Source: Paracoccaceae bacterium (lineage in GTDB: Bacteria; Pseudomonadota; Alphaproteobacteria; Rhodobacterales; Rhodobacteraceae). Taken from it: a DNA stretch of 50,077 nt. The stretch covers positions 1 to 50,077 of the forward strand of contig JAFGWK010000014.1 in the NCBI GenBank assembly GCA_016937195.1. The letters are read 5' to 3'. This document shows, piece by piece, positions 38,408-48,703 of this stretch (the stretch's first letter is position 1; each line of letters starts with the position of its first letter). The notes beneath the pieces were generated by a model, which did no database searches, was not told where the DNA came from, and saw nothing but the letters and a program-made list of their open reading frames with translations. Position numbers and translations under genes: made by a program.

Positions 38408-41335
38408 TCATGCACTTTTCTGCAGCTTGGCTTTGCCGTCGCAGTCTGGGAAGCGGACACAGCTAAGAAAGGCTCCATAGCGGCCGCGCCGTTCTACAAG
38501 CCATCCTGCGTCGCAACTCGGATAAGCCGGCTGGCTTTGCCCGCAATCTCCGCAAACCAGTTCTCCACGCGTCCGAGAACGGACTGGGAGGCCGACACCG
38601 CAGGCCGGACACGCGGGCATTCGACTGCCGCACAGCTTCACATGCGCGCAGCGATACCAGTCGCGCCCGTCCTTTCCAGCCATGTGAAGCAGACGCCCGC
38701 CGCAACCCGGACAGGTGTGGGTGTGCTTCTGGGCCTCCGGGGGCACGACCACGCCGAATTCGGGCTCTTTCATCAGCTCCTCGACGAAGACCGAGGGGCG
38801 CGCTTCGGATGCCAGGATGGTCACTGTCCGCCGGGCCCGGGTTACGGCGACATACATGACGCGCCGCTCTTCGGCATTCGGGTAGGGCTCGGCTTCGGGC
38901 GATACCAGGCTAAGCAAAGGGTCGTCCACGATCATTGACGGGAAGCCCATCTTGGCGTTGTCGGCACCGAGGATGATCACGTGATCCGCCTTCAGGCCCT
39001 TCGAGGCATGGATGGTCTTGAAGGTGATCATCGCCCCTGGGTTCTGGCGCTGAAGCCGCCCGACATCGGGCCTCAGGAACCGATATCGACCGAGGATCAG
39101 GATGGACGGTTTCCCGCCACCCTTCCCTTCTGTGGCGGCAAGAGCAGCCACGGCGTCGTTCAAGACCGTCTCCCCGGTGTCGCGGCGCGTCCAGGCGATC
39201 CTGATTGACGGCTCGTCCGTCTCGCCTGCGGGGATCACCGTCTTGGTGATCTGTGCTGGGTTGCGCAGAACGAAGCGACGGGCGGCCAAAGCGATCCTGT
39301 CCACCGATCGAAAAGTCCGACCGAGATCGACGGTCCGATGGACACCGGCGACCCCTGCATAGGTGCCGCCAAATTCCGCGCCGAAGTTGCGCATAATATG
39401 AATATCCGAGCCGGCGAAGCGATAGATCGACTGCCAGTCGTCGCCGACGGCAAACACCTTGGCATCTGAGTGTTGGCGTTTGAGGGCCTGGATCAGCTTC
39501 GCCCGTCCGGTCGAGATGTCCTGGAATTCGTCGACGAGGATGTGCCGGAACAGGCTCTGGTAGCGTCCTTTTTCGACGAGGGCCGTGGCGCGGTTCACCA
39601 TGACCTCGAAGTCGATCCGATCGCCCAGGCGGGATTGATACTCCCGAAAGACGGCGCCGAAGATCTTCAGGAATGCTTCGGCGCGTTTGCCCATCTTCAG
39701 AGTTTGCGCCTTGTCTGAACAGTCCTCGACCCGATAGCCGCCGTTCTTGAAGTGACGCAGGAACGTGCCCATCAACGAGGTGAAGCTGTCCACCACCCCG
39801 ACCTCGGCCACACGATCATATATTTCGATGTCCGGGATCGGACGGAGCGTGACGTGCGGCTCGAGCTTTTCGGCCAGCGCATCGAGCAGCCGGCCTTCTT
39901 CACGCTCCCAGCTATATGTTTCGACCAGCACCGTCTCGTGCTCGGCATGGACTTGCCGTTTCCAGTTCATGCCCTCGAGGTAGTCTTCGCGATCGATGTA
40001 AGGCGCCGTGGTCAGCCCCTCCTTGCCGTCCCTGCCGCGTTTCTTGCGCACACCGAAATGCTCGATGTAGATGCCGCTCTCTGTCAGCCGAAAATCGGGC
40101 GTGTAGACGCGGCGCCCGGTCTTCTGGAGCTTGTGCTCGTAGCTGGGCTCGTATTCGTAGGCGATGCCGTTCCGGAACAGCCAGTTGGCGATCAGAAGTT
40201 CTTCGAAACTGTTCACCGTCTCGCCTTGCAGCGTCCGCAGGTTGCGGCTTTCGATCTGCGCATACCATTCGTGCTTCGTCTTGAAGTCCCATTCTGTCGG
40301 GAAGTCGTCGAAGAAACCGGCGAACCAACCAATCACGGTCTGCGCGATGTCACTGGCGCTCGCTACGACGTGCCTCAGGATCTCCTTCATCAGGGATAAG
40401 AACGCCTTGTCGTCTGTCGCGGTCGGCGCCAAGGGTGGCTTTTCACCTTCCACCTCACCGATGATCTCGTAGGCCAATGCATGGAAGGTGCGGGCCGCCA
40501 CGGGGACGCCACACCGCGCCTCGATCCGCTCCGACATCTCGGTCGCTGCGTCTTTCGCAAAGGCCAGCAGCAGGAGCTCGCTTGGCTTCCGTATCTCCGC
40601 CTTCACCAGGTATGCGGCCTTGGCGGTGATCACGCTTGTCTTGCCGGAGCCCGCCCCGGCCAGAACCAGCGTCGCATCTTCGTCGACGACCACCGACAGG
40701 CGCTGCTCCGGCGTCAGTGGCATAGTCTCGACCGTGTCGAAGAAATCCTTCCAGCGGAGGAGCTGATCCTCCACAAACATCTCGATAGATGCGTCACGGA
40801 CGGCATTCGGATCGGATGCGAACGCAACGATCGGGGCAATTCGGGACATGACTTCGTCGCCAACGGCCTCCGCATTCAGCTTAGAAAGCACCCGGCGGTT
40901 CAGATCGGCAGCATCGCGCTCCAGCGGCGCGACGTGGCATGCTGCGGGATAAGCGTCCGGCACCATGAGTGCATCGAGCGCGTGCAGGATACGCAGAACC
41001 GCGGTCTCCTCCTTTTGCAACTCCGCCCGGTTGAAATCCGTCCAGGCGGTGGCAGCGGCATCTGCAAAGTTTCTTGCTGCAGACGCGTCCACCGCCGGCA
41101 AGGTCAGATTCCGGCCGCCCCCGAGATCGAGCGACAGAGACCAAGAGAGGAGGCCCTTCCTCATTGAAGGGCGCGTCGCGATTGCGTCAAACCCTATCCA
41201 TGGCGAACCCGCCCCACGCGCGGCAATGCCCCTGTCTTGCAGTGTCAGGGACCTTGGATGTCGGCCGAGAGGGTCAACCAAGAACCCCAGGAAGGATTTT
41301 GAGACGAGATTCATGTGCGCCGAAGTGTCAGTCAT
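38408..41335 (-). CDS. UvrD/helicase IV-like SF1 helicase with inserted PD-(D/E)XK nuclease and C-terminal topoisomerase-type Zn ribbons
   Basis: LAGAGSGKT, LVDEFQD, VGDDWQSIYRF, TIHASKGL, YVAVTRAR; insert S.EELLIANWL..YEYE..YTPDF..IYIEHFG; CxxC repeats ending FLSCVRFPDC. Confidence 0.88.
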   Translation of the reverse strand: MTDTSAHMNLVSKSFLGFLVDPLGRHPRSLTLQDRGIAARGAGSPWIGFDAIATRPSMRKGLLSWSLSLDLGGGRNLTLPAVDASAARNFADAAATAWTDFNRAELQKEETAVLRILHALDALMVPDAYPAACHVAPLERDAADLNRRVLSKLNAEAVGDEVMSRIAPIVAFASDPNAVRDASIEMFVEDQLLRWKDFFDTVETMPLTPEQRLSVVVDEDATLVLAGAGSGKTSVITAKAAYLVKAEIRKPSELLLLAFAKDAATEMSERIEARCGVPVAARTFHALAYEIIGEVEGEKPPLAPTATDDKAFLSLMKEILRHVVASASDIAQTVIGWFAGFFDDFPTEWDFKTKHEWYAQIESRNLRTLQGETVNSFEELLIANWLFRNGIAYEYEPSYEHKLQKTGRRVYTPDFRLTESGIYIEHFGVRKKRGRDGKEGLTTAPYIDREDYLEGMNWKRQVHAEHETVLVETYSWEREEGRLLDALAEKLEPHVTLRPIPDIEIYDRVAEVGVVDSFTSLMGTFLRHFKNGGYRVEDCSDKAQTLKMGKRAEAFLKIFGAVFREYQSRLGDRIDFEVMVNRATALVEKGRYQSLFRHILVDEFQDISTGRAKLIQALKRQHSDAKVFAVGDDWQSIYRFAGSDIHIMRNFGAEFGGTYAGVAGVHRTVDLGRTFRSVDRIALAARRFVLRNPAQITKTVIPAGETDEPSIRIAWTRRDTGETVLNDAVAALAATEGKGGGKPSILILGRYRFLRPDVGRLQRQNPGAMITFKTIHASKGLKADHVIILGADNAKMGFPSMIVDDPLLSLVSPEAEPYPNAEERRVMYVAVTRARRTVTILASEARPSVFVEELMKEPEFGVVVPPEAQKHTHTCPGCGGRLLHMAGKDGRDWYRCAHVKLCGSRMPACPACGVGLPVRSRTRGELVCGDCGQSQPAYPSCDAGWLVERRGRYGAFLSCVRFPDCDGKAKLQKSA

Positions 41336-41401
41336 TTCCGAGGTGTAGCAAATATTGGAAAGCGGGGAACCTCAAGGGACGCATTTCTGGCGCGAAGGGC
41401 G

Positions 41402-43004
41402 GATTTTGTTGAAAAAGTCGGCCTGAGAACGCGTTTTGAGCTGCCCTCAGGCTCGGGTGTCGCCGTTTGGTTCGGACAATCGCCCGTCGCGCCGCCTTGT
41501 AGCGACTATCTGGCCACTTAGATCATGCCGTGGCCTCCGGGTTGGCGCACTGAGGCCGCAGCTTTGCGAGCTTTCGGAGGTTCTGGGCGATGGCGGCGAG
41601 GAGGAATTCGTCCTTTGCTCCATTGGGGCCGCGCAGGCGTAGCCGGGTCAGGCCGAGAATGCGCTTCAGATGTGCGAAGAGCATCTCTACTTTCTTCCGC
41701 TTGTCTCGGGATACCTTGTAGGCCTTGGTCTTGCGGCATTTGCGGGCGAACTCGCGTGCTTCCTCGTGGGGTTCACGGGTGACGCATCGGGCCTCCGCTT
41801 TCGGGCAGCAGATTTCCTTGGATGGACAGGTCTGACATGTCGCCTTCAGGGCGCGATATTTCTTCCGTCCGCCGGTGTCCTGACCCCGGTTCGGATCGGA
41901 GTAGTTCCGGCGATATTGCCTCAGGGCATGACCCTCGGGGCAGATGTATTGATCGTTCGCCTCGTCCCATTCGAAGTCGGATCTGGACCAGATGCCATCG
42001 GTCCGCTCCGACTTGTCGATCACCGGGATGAAGGAGATGATGCTCCGCTGCTCAACCAGCCATCCGAGGTTCTCGGCGTTGCCATAGGCCGTGTCGGCCG
42101 CCAGCCAATCCGGCCTGATCCCGAACCGTTTCTCGGTTCTGTCGAGCATCGTGCGCGACGCCCCGACTTCGGCCTAGCGAATGGCTCGCGTCGCCTCAAC
42201 ATCCATGATTACCGAGCTTTTGGTGTCGATCAGTTTTGGTGTCGATCAGGTAGTTGGTGGCGTAAGCAAAATAGGGGCGACTTTCCTCGGCGCGGGTCCA
42301 CTGCGCCGCCGGGTCGGACTTGGCCACGAACTTCGGCTGGGTCGGTGACGCGGCGCCGAAGGCGGCATCATCCAGCGTTTCCAGATATTCCCGCGCCGCC
42401 CGGTTGCCAGCCTCGCGTGCGACCTCAGGGCTCCAGTCCTCGGCTGCGATTGACCGGGCCTTGTTGGCGTCAGCGGAGATCAGGCTGGCATCCACGGCAA
42501 AGCCCTCGCCGGACACCAAGTCCTCCCTCAGGCACCGCTCGACCGTGGCTTCGAACACCTGTCGCAGCAGATTGCTTTCGCGAAACTTGCCATGGCGATA
42601 CCGCGAGAACGTCGAGTGATCCGGGACCTTCCCCTCCAGGCCCAGCCGACAGAACCACCGATAGGCGAGGTTCAGATGGACCTCGTCGCAGAGGCGACGT
42701 TCCGATCGGATGCCCATGACGTAACCGATGACCAACATGCGGATGATCAGCTCTGGATCGATCGAGGGACGCCCGAGGTGGCTGTAGAAGGGGCGAAGAG
42801 CCTCTCGCATTCCATCCACGTCGAGGACCCGGTCGATCTCGCGAAGCATATGACCGGAAGGAACATGACGCTCCAGATCGAAGTCATAGAACAGCTGTGC
42901 CGGTGCCGTTTGGGTGCCCATCATGACGAAATCCTCCAATCCCCTCATAATCGAGTGAATCAAAGGACTTGCCGCGCTGCAACAAAGACTTTTTCAACAG
43001 CATC
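41402..43004 (-). mobile_element. IS1182-family insertion sequence with inactivated transposase
   Basis: IRs GATTTTGTTGAAAAAGTC and GATGCTGTTGAAAAAGTC; GGCG direct repeat on both sides (41398-41401, 43005-43008). Confidence 0.88.
41523..42963 (-). pseudogene. IS1182 transposase pseudogene
   Basis: GRPSIDPE, VPDHSTFS, LAADTAYG and RKKVEMLFAHLK; broken by a 16-bp tandem duplication (42218-42249) and an in-frame TAG (42174-42176). Confidence 0.88.
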
Positions 43005-43518
43005 GGCGGAAACCAGCCATTCGCTGCAGCAGCGATCTCCCTATCCATCGTCCTAAACTTCGAACCCAGAAACCGCGATGATCTTACTTTTTAGCGTTAG
43101 CAAGACTCAAGTGCAGGCCACCAATCTTGGCATTGCCAAATTTCAAAGCCCTCTACGTCGGCAACGATGGACACATTGCGCGCCTTTCCAATCATTGTTG
43201 GAACAATATTTTGCGTTGTATTGCCACGTGCCATCTCCTCTTTTTCGTCCCGCCTCACGCAGCGGGTGAAGGTGGCGGTGTCAAGGCGGATCGCGACAGC
43301 GCTTGCTGAACCACCGTATGGCGAAGTCCTTTCGTCAACGCGACGGGTAAGCTAGGTTGGGCTAGTCGAATAAACTGGTGGCTGGGAGGGTAAGTTTGCA
43401 AAATGACTAGTAGGAAACGTCCCCGGCCTTTCGGTTCGAAGAAGCCACGCCCAACGATACTAGTTAGATCCCATCTGTGGCAGCGCGGCGTGGATGCGGC
43501 GACGGACGAAATCTCGGT

Positions 43519-45030
43519 ATGGAAGGCCGGTTGTTTGGCTATTTCGTCTCGTATGCCCTGCTTCTAGTATTTATTGCTGTCACTGCGCTATCCACCACTG
43601 AACTTCAACTTCTAATCCCGAAGCAAGGGATTAATCTCCCCTTTCTCGGCATAAAGACCTCGGTCAGGGGTTTCTACATTGTCAGCAGCATCGTCGTGTG
43701 TGCGGCTTCATTATTCATGGCTCGCGAATTCTGGAGGCTAGAGACACTACGAGTTAGAAAGAAACGGCAAACTGGCTACATCTTCGCACGCTCCGGTGGC
43801 GATACAGAAGAACGCCCGCTATTCGGCGTTGACGGCGACATTGATAGAATAGCCCTCAATATCATTTCGAATTTGGTCTTCTTCGTGAGCGGGCCGACTG
43901 TAGTCGCACTTCTAACCTTTTGGTTTGCCGACGCTCAGGATCGTATTGCTTTTGCCCTTCAGTCAACTCTTCTTTTTGCGTCTTGCTACTTCTCGTGGGT
44001 ATTCTATCGCCGCTCCACGAAGACCGAAGAAAGTAGGCGATATCACAAATATACTAAAATCTGGACCGCAATTAAATATGTTGTTTTATCATTTTTCGCC
44101 CTGAAGTTTTTAGTATGCGTAGATGTTATTTACCTACCAACAAAAATATCTCCCACCTTCTTTCTTCGAGAGAACACCTCATGGCTAGATGCTGCTGACG
44201 GCGGTGTCTCAGCTTTCGTTCCGCACATTCGGATTGATCGATTTACAAGGGTCTGGAAAGGCAAATCAACAACTGAAATCAAACAATTAGCTTTTCAGAA
44301 CGGGTCTCCGGACGACGAATACTATTTCATGAGCAGAGGGGTGGGGGTCGATCTGCGTCACCGACAGTTACGTTTTCTGGACCTCCAGTTTCAGGTTGTG
44401 CCTCGACTTATGGTCCATTACTCTGACCTATCGGGGGCAAATTTGAGCGCTACGAAACTTCTAGGCTCGAATTTCGTGAGCACAAAGATGTATGACGTCA
44501 ATCTCCAGTCTTCAGTGCTGGATGGATCTCGTTTTATGGACGTGGACGTTAAGTTTGGGATTTGGCAAAACGTTCATGCAAGAGGCGTGATTTTCGACAA
44601 CACTAGCTTTGATAGCTCAGTCCTATTTCGAGCAAACTTCTTGGGATCATCGTTCTTCGGGGTAAATGTTGCGAACTCGTTCCTATCTGGAGCTAATTTC
44701 TCTGCGACAAGCTTCTATCAGACAACATTCAAGCACAACATATTGGCACCCATGAGAAGTTTCTCAGTTTTTATTTCGGATAAAAAATCAGGAAACCAGA
44801 TCGACGAATTTGTTACATACTTTAACGAGAACAACGATGATGCCATTTCCGAGCTTGTAGATGGGTTCTGCACGGGCTTAGGTAAAGCGGCAGACTCCAA
44901 TGCGTTGTATACGATTTCGTCATTTTATACCCTAGAGTTCCCTGAGAGAATTAAAAAGATCAGCACGGCCTTTGAGAAATCGAGCTGTAAATCTGCAAGT
45001 ACAGCTTGGAACACTGATGTTGGGCAATGA
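43519..45030 (+). CDS. Membrane protein with pentapeptide repeats
   Basis: About five N-terminal hydrophobic helices (including INLPFLGI), then SDLSGANLS...ANFLGSSF...ANFSATSF pentapeptide repeats; low GC. Confidence 0.75.
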   Translation: MEGRLFGYFVSYALLLVFIAVTALSTTELQLLIPKQGINLPFLGIKTSVRGFYIVSSIVVCAASLFMAREFWRLETLRVRKKRQTGYIFARSGGDTEERPLFGVDGDIDRIALNIISNLVFFVSGPTVVALLTFWFADAQDRIAFALQSTLLFASCYFSWVFYRRSTKTEESRRYHKYTKIWTAIKYVVLSFFALKFLVCVDVIYLPTKISPTFFLRENTSWLDAADGGVSAFVPHIRIDRFTRVWKGKSTTEIKQLAFQNGSPDDEYYFMSRGVGVDLRHRQLRFLDLQFQVVPRLMVHYSDLSGANLSATKLLGSNFVSTKMYDVNLQSSVLDGSRFMDVDVKFGIWQNVHARGVIFDNTSFDSSVLFRANFLGSSFFGVNVANSFLSGANFSATSFYQTTFKHNILAPMRSFSVFISDKKSGNQIDEFVTYFNENNDDAISELVDGFCTGLGKAADSNALYTISSFYTLEFPERIKKISTAFEKSSCKSASTAWNTDVGQ

Positions 45031-45437
45031 CGCTGTCACAGACCGTCAAGCACCTTCCAATTACCAAGCACTTCCAATGCCCCATCGGGCGAGGGGCGTT
45101 GCAGACTTCTGCCCCTATTGGGGTATGGCAGCAGCGAGCACACCGCATTCTGCTTTGAGAATTCTGCACTGCGACATTTCCACGAGCCACGGAAGGCAGC
45201 AAAGGGCTGGACGCGTCGGTCGCCGGTCCGAAGCGGAAGGGACGGGAAACCATCGTTCGCTGCGGCATGGACGAGCGTCTAGGATGCGCAATTGTGTGCT
45301 CGTTGTGCAGTGCCGCCACATGTCCGCTTCAAGCCTTAACCCGTCAATTCAAATTCAATATTAAGAGCTCGATGATTTTCGTTCCCACGTTTGTCAGGTG
45401 GATTCGCGCCGAGTTTGCGTATGATGGCTCATCTTCC

Positions 45438-45968
45438 CTACCTTACTCGCGGGCCAACCAGCCCATTGGCTGCTGCATAATCCTTGATTGCAATAAGTCT
45501 ATCCGGGCCACCGATCTGATGATAGTCGAAAACCTCTTCATCCAGATTTTTGAGGTTGAATTGCATCCCTGAAAACTCATAGATGCGACGGTAACGGTCT
45601 TTGATTCTCCATCGTGGTTCAGCAATGTCATGCGCAAATGCGCACCGAATTTGATAAATCAGAGCGATGCATTGATCGTTTTCGGATTGTATCGGATCGG
45701 GCAAATCATGTCCTGCCTCATGCCTAGCCCTATCGAGGGTTATCACAGCCGCGCCAAAAGCAATCGTTAGATTATTTTCGAAAGCTAGGATAAAGTCACC
45801 TGCGGATTCAAAAATTCGAGGTGGCAAAACAAAAATCTGACTTCGATCTTCGCTTTGAAATGTGATCTCGGAGTCCAGAGCTTCACGATCAATATTTCCA
45901 TCGAGGGCATAGTTGTATAGCTTCCAAGAAAAGAAAAGCTGTGCAAATGCTGTGGGCAGGTAGTTCAT
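45438..45968 (-). CDS. Hypothetical protein with HEPN-like RxxxxH motif
   Basis: Low-GC ORF with GAGG RBS; IYQIRCAFAHD. Confidence 0.6.
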   Translation of the reverse strand: MNYLPTAFAQLFFSWKLYNYALDGNIDREALDSEITFQSEDRSQIFVLPPRIFESAGDFILAFENNLTIAFGAAVITLDRARHEAGHDLPDPIQSENDQCIALIYQIRCAFAHDIAEPRWRIKDRYRRIYEFSGMQFNLKNLDEEVFDYHQIGGPDRLIAIKDYAAANGLVGPRVR

Positions 45969-46487
45969 TTTTCCTCAACTCACTCGTTGGCTCTTGACCA
46001 AAGTAGCGCGCTTTTTCGCAATTGTCTTCGATTGAAAGTCAGCCTGATATCATCCCAAGTCGGCGTTCGACAGCGCGCCCGGCTATCCGATGGGCCCCGC
46101 ACTTAGGGCACGATGGTTATAACGACGAACGCCCGCTCCATCCGGATAGTCAACATCTCCCTTTGTGATGATGCTGCACGTTGTCCCGAAAGACCGCTTT
46201 GGAGAACCTGCGCGCAGAGACATGAAGCCTGTCGAAGGTCCGGTATGGGCCGTTCGCGTCGATCAACACAAGGGGCGGATTGCGGACTTCCGCTGCGGTC
46301 TAGCCAGCAGCTCAAGGTTCTTCAAAGCAGACATTCAAGTTTCCCGTTTTGGGAAAGGTAACCACCCGAGGCTACGCCCCGTTCACTTTCCGAGCGCCTA
46401 AACCAGTATGTATGCTACGTTTTGTGTTGTGTTTTCTCATCATAAACATAAGACGTTTGGAAGTGGAATCTGTTTCTGGGGGCAGTC

Positions 46488-47681
46488 TTGGCCGACAAAA
46501 AGCGACAACATTTTGTTCCCAGGTATATCCTTCGAAACTTTTCAGCTGATCCGTCCGCCAAACAGATCAATCTTTTTCACATACCGTCAAAGAGACTAGT
46601 CATAGGCGCTTCGTTGCGTGAGCAGTGCTATCGAGACTACTTCTATGGCGACAATCCTGAGATTGAGAATAGTCTATCTGCAATCGAGGGCGTGCAAGCC
46701 CACCTGATAAAGAAACTCACGCAAGCCAAGAGGATTACTGAGCTCAGGTTACCTGAAATACCTCTCTTCCTCGCTATGCAATATGGAAGAACGCTACGCT
46801 CTGCTGAAGATCAGAGCGACAGATTTGAAGCAATGGCAAAACTCTACCTTACGGGTTCCGTTGATGAGGACGCTCTGCGGAATGTGCGAATTCGGATAAA
46901 AAATAGCTCAACGCTATCAACCTCTAATGCGATCAAAACAAGCCCGTTATTGTATGACTTGAAGCAAGTTCTAATTGAAAACAAAAGCAAAATACCATTT
47001 GTAATTTCTGATCATCCGGTGGTCCTAACCAACTGGTTTTGCCGTCGCAGCTTTCCAAGCAATCATGGCACTGGGCTTGCTACCGCTGGCTTGCAAATCC
47101 TCATGCCAATTTCACCGAGATTTTCTCTAATGCTATTGGATGCTGGCACCTATAGGATCGCAGATAAACTCGGCCATGTGATGTTATCAAAAGGAAAAGA
47201 CGTTCACGGACTAAATGCGCTGCAATGGATTAATGCCGATAAAGTCATTTATGTCCCGCAAGGTCTTGAAGAGTCCCAACTCAAATCCTTAACTATGACA
47301 AGCGGGCGCAAAGACCGCCGATTTGAGTTCACAAGAGCTGACAAGCTCGCAGATGGCAGTGGATTTGCTGTGACGGACAAGGATGAGTATGCCGCTCCTA
47401 CACAGGGAGCGAAATCGGAATTGGTGGTGATTGGTGGAGCAAAACCGGCACAGGATATTCGATTTTCTGGGCTCGACTTGAAAGCCCGCCCGCAATTTTT
47501 TGACGATGGATCATTGGTTTCGCCACTTCGCGACCCTTATTGGCTCCAGATCGTGGAGGAATTCATACGTGAAGATTCTGGCATTCAGCGACCTCACAGT
47601 GACTTTGCGGAGTTTGTCGCATCACATCCGCTAGAACCCCTTATCGGGCAGAGGTTGAGGTCGTATCGCCATTCGACCTAG
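46488..47681 (+). CDS. DUF4238 domain protein
   Basis: KRQHFVPRYILRNFS, IENSLSAIE, FVISDHPV and MPISPR. Confidence 0.8.
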   Translation: MADKKRQHFVPRYILRNFSADPSAKQINLFHIPSKRLVIGASLREQCYRDYFYGDNPEIENSLSAIEGVQAHLIKKLTQAKRITELRLPEIPLFLAMQYGRTLRSAEDQSDRFEAMAKLYLTGSVDEDALRNVRIRIKNSSTLSTSNAIKTSPLLYDLKQVLIENKSKIPFVISDHPVVLTNWFCRRSFPSNHGTGLATAGLQILMPISPRFSLMLLDAGTYRIADKLGHVMLSKGKDVHGLNALQWINADKVIYVPQGLEESQLKSLTMTSGRKDRRFEFTRADKLADGSGFAVTDKDEYAAPTQGAKSELVVIGGAKPAQDIRFSGLDLKARPQFFDDGSLVSPLRDPYWLQIVEEFIREDSGIQRPHSDFAEFVASHPLEPLIGQRLRSYRHST

Positions 47682-47922
47682 GCGACAGAACAGACATCTG
47701 GATGATCAAACCAAACGGCGGTTTTATCCGCAGTCCGATCATTAAGTTCGTCGGTAATGCTGCAAGCTGCACGAACGTCGGCTATTTGGGCTGCACGGAA
47801 GCGTCGCCATCAGCGGTCGGACGGCGGCAATGGGCCGATTGCAATGATCCTGCAGGCGGAGAACGAGAAGAGAATGTGTGCGTCGGGCAGCTCGCGAGTC
47901 TTAGGACAATCATCAGCAATTT

Positions 47923-48687
47923 TCATGGCTTCCCATGCTTGGTTGTCGCCTTCTCCGGATACCCCACCGAAACATTGCGCAGCTTTGTCGTTCCAATCTG
48001 AAACTCTGCCGCGAGATGGGTATGCCCAAAGAGCCATTGATCGGGCTGGAAGCGGTTGATCAGATCGCTCAGGTCCGAGGCATATGCTTGCGGCGCCGGG
48101 CCGCCTGGCGACAGTGCAAAAGGATGGGGCGCATGATGGGTCACGACGACGGTCTCGCCTGCAAACGGTTCTGACAACCGCGCCTCCAGCCATGCGACAT
48201 GCTCACGATGCAGCGCAACCGTGTCGAGCGGGCGCGCCTTGCGGAAGCCCGCGTGCGCAATACGGATATAGCGGTAATCGTTCATGATACGCGCAGCCTC
48301 GGCCGCATTCTCTTCCAACGTTCCAGCCCCCGCGCGCATATCCGTCCAGAGCGTGCAGCACAGATAGCGCGTGGAGCCGCAGGTGATCACAGATTTCTGC
48401 GCAAACTTGGCGCCAGCTGTCAGGGCGATCTCGGCAAGCCGGTCATCGCCATCGAGCCGAAAGTCGTAATAGTCGTGGTTCCCCGGGAGCACATGGACGC
48501 GCTCCAGCGGGATGCGTTCACCGATTAGCGCAAACGCTTGCTTCCAACGCACCCGGGGTTTGTTGGTCAGATCGCCGGCGATGATCATCAACGCGACACC
48601 GTCGAAATCAATCTGGTCGAGCGGGTTGAGGCCCGCCTGATGCCAGAGGTCGAGATGCAGATCGGCGAGGACTAGTGTTTTGGTCAT
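47923..48687 (-). CDS. Calcineurin-like metallophosphoesterase
   Basis: ADLHLD, IAGDL, PGNHDYY, TLWTD, VTHHAP, FGHTH. Confidence 0.9.
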   Translation of the reverse strand: MTKTLVLADLHLDLWHQAGLNPLDQIDFDGVALMIIAGDLTNKPRVRWKQAFALIGERIPLERVHVLPGNHDYYDFRLDGDDRLAEIALTAGAKFAQKSVITCGSTRYLCCTLWTDMRAGAGTLEENAAEAARIMNDYRYIRIAHAGFRKARPLDTVALHREHVAWLEARLSEPFAGETVVVTHHAPHPFALSPGGPAPQAYASDLSDLINRFQPDQWLFGHTHLAAEFQIGTTKLRNVSVGYPEKATTKHGKP

Positions 48688-48703
48688 AAGACGGCCTCCG
48701 ATT

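Noticed and set aside
16161-47837. Classical integron attC array
   Set aside because: No intI gene seen, and I could not find consistent RYYYAAC/GTTRRRY boxes; cargo orientation is mixed. Reported instead as an unassigned repeat family.
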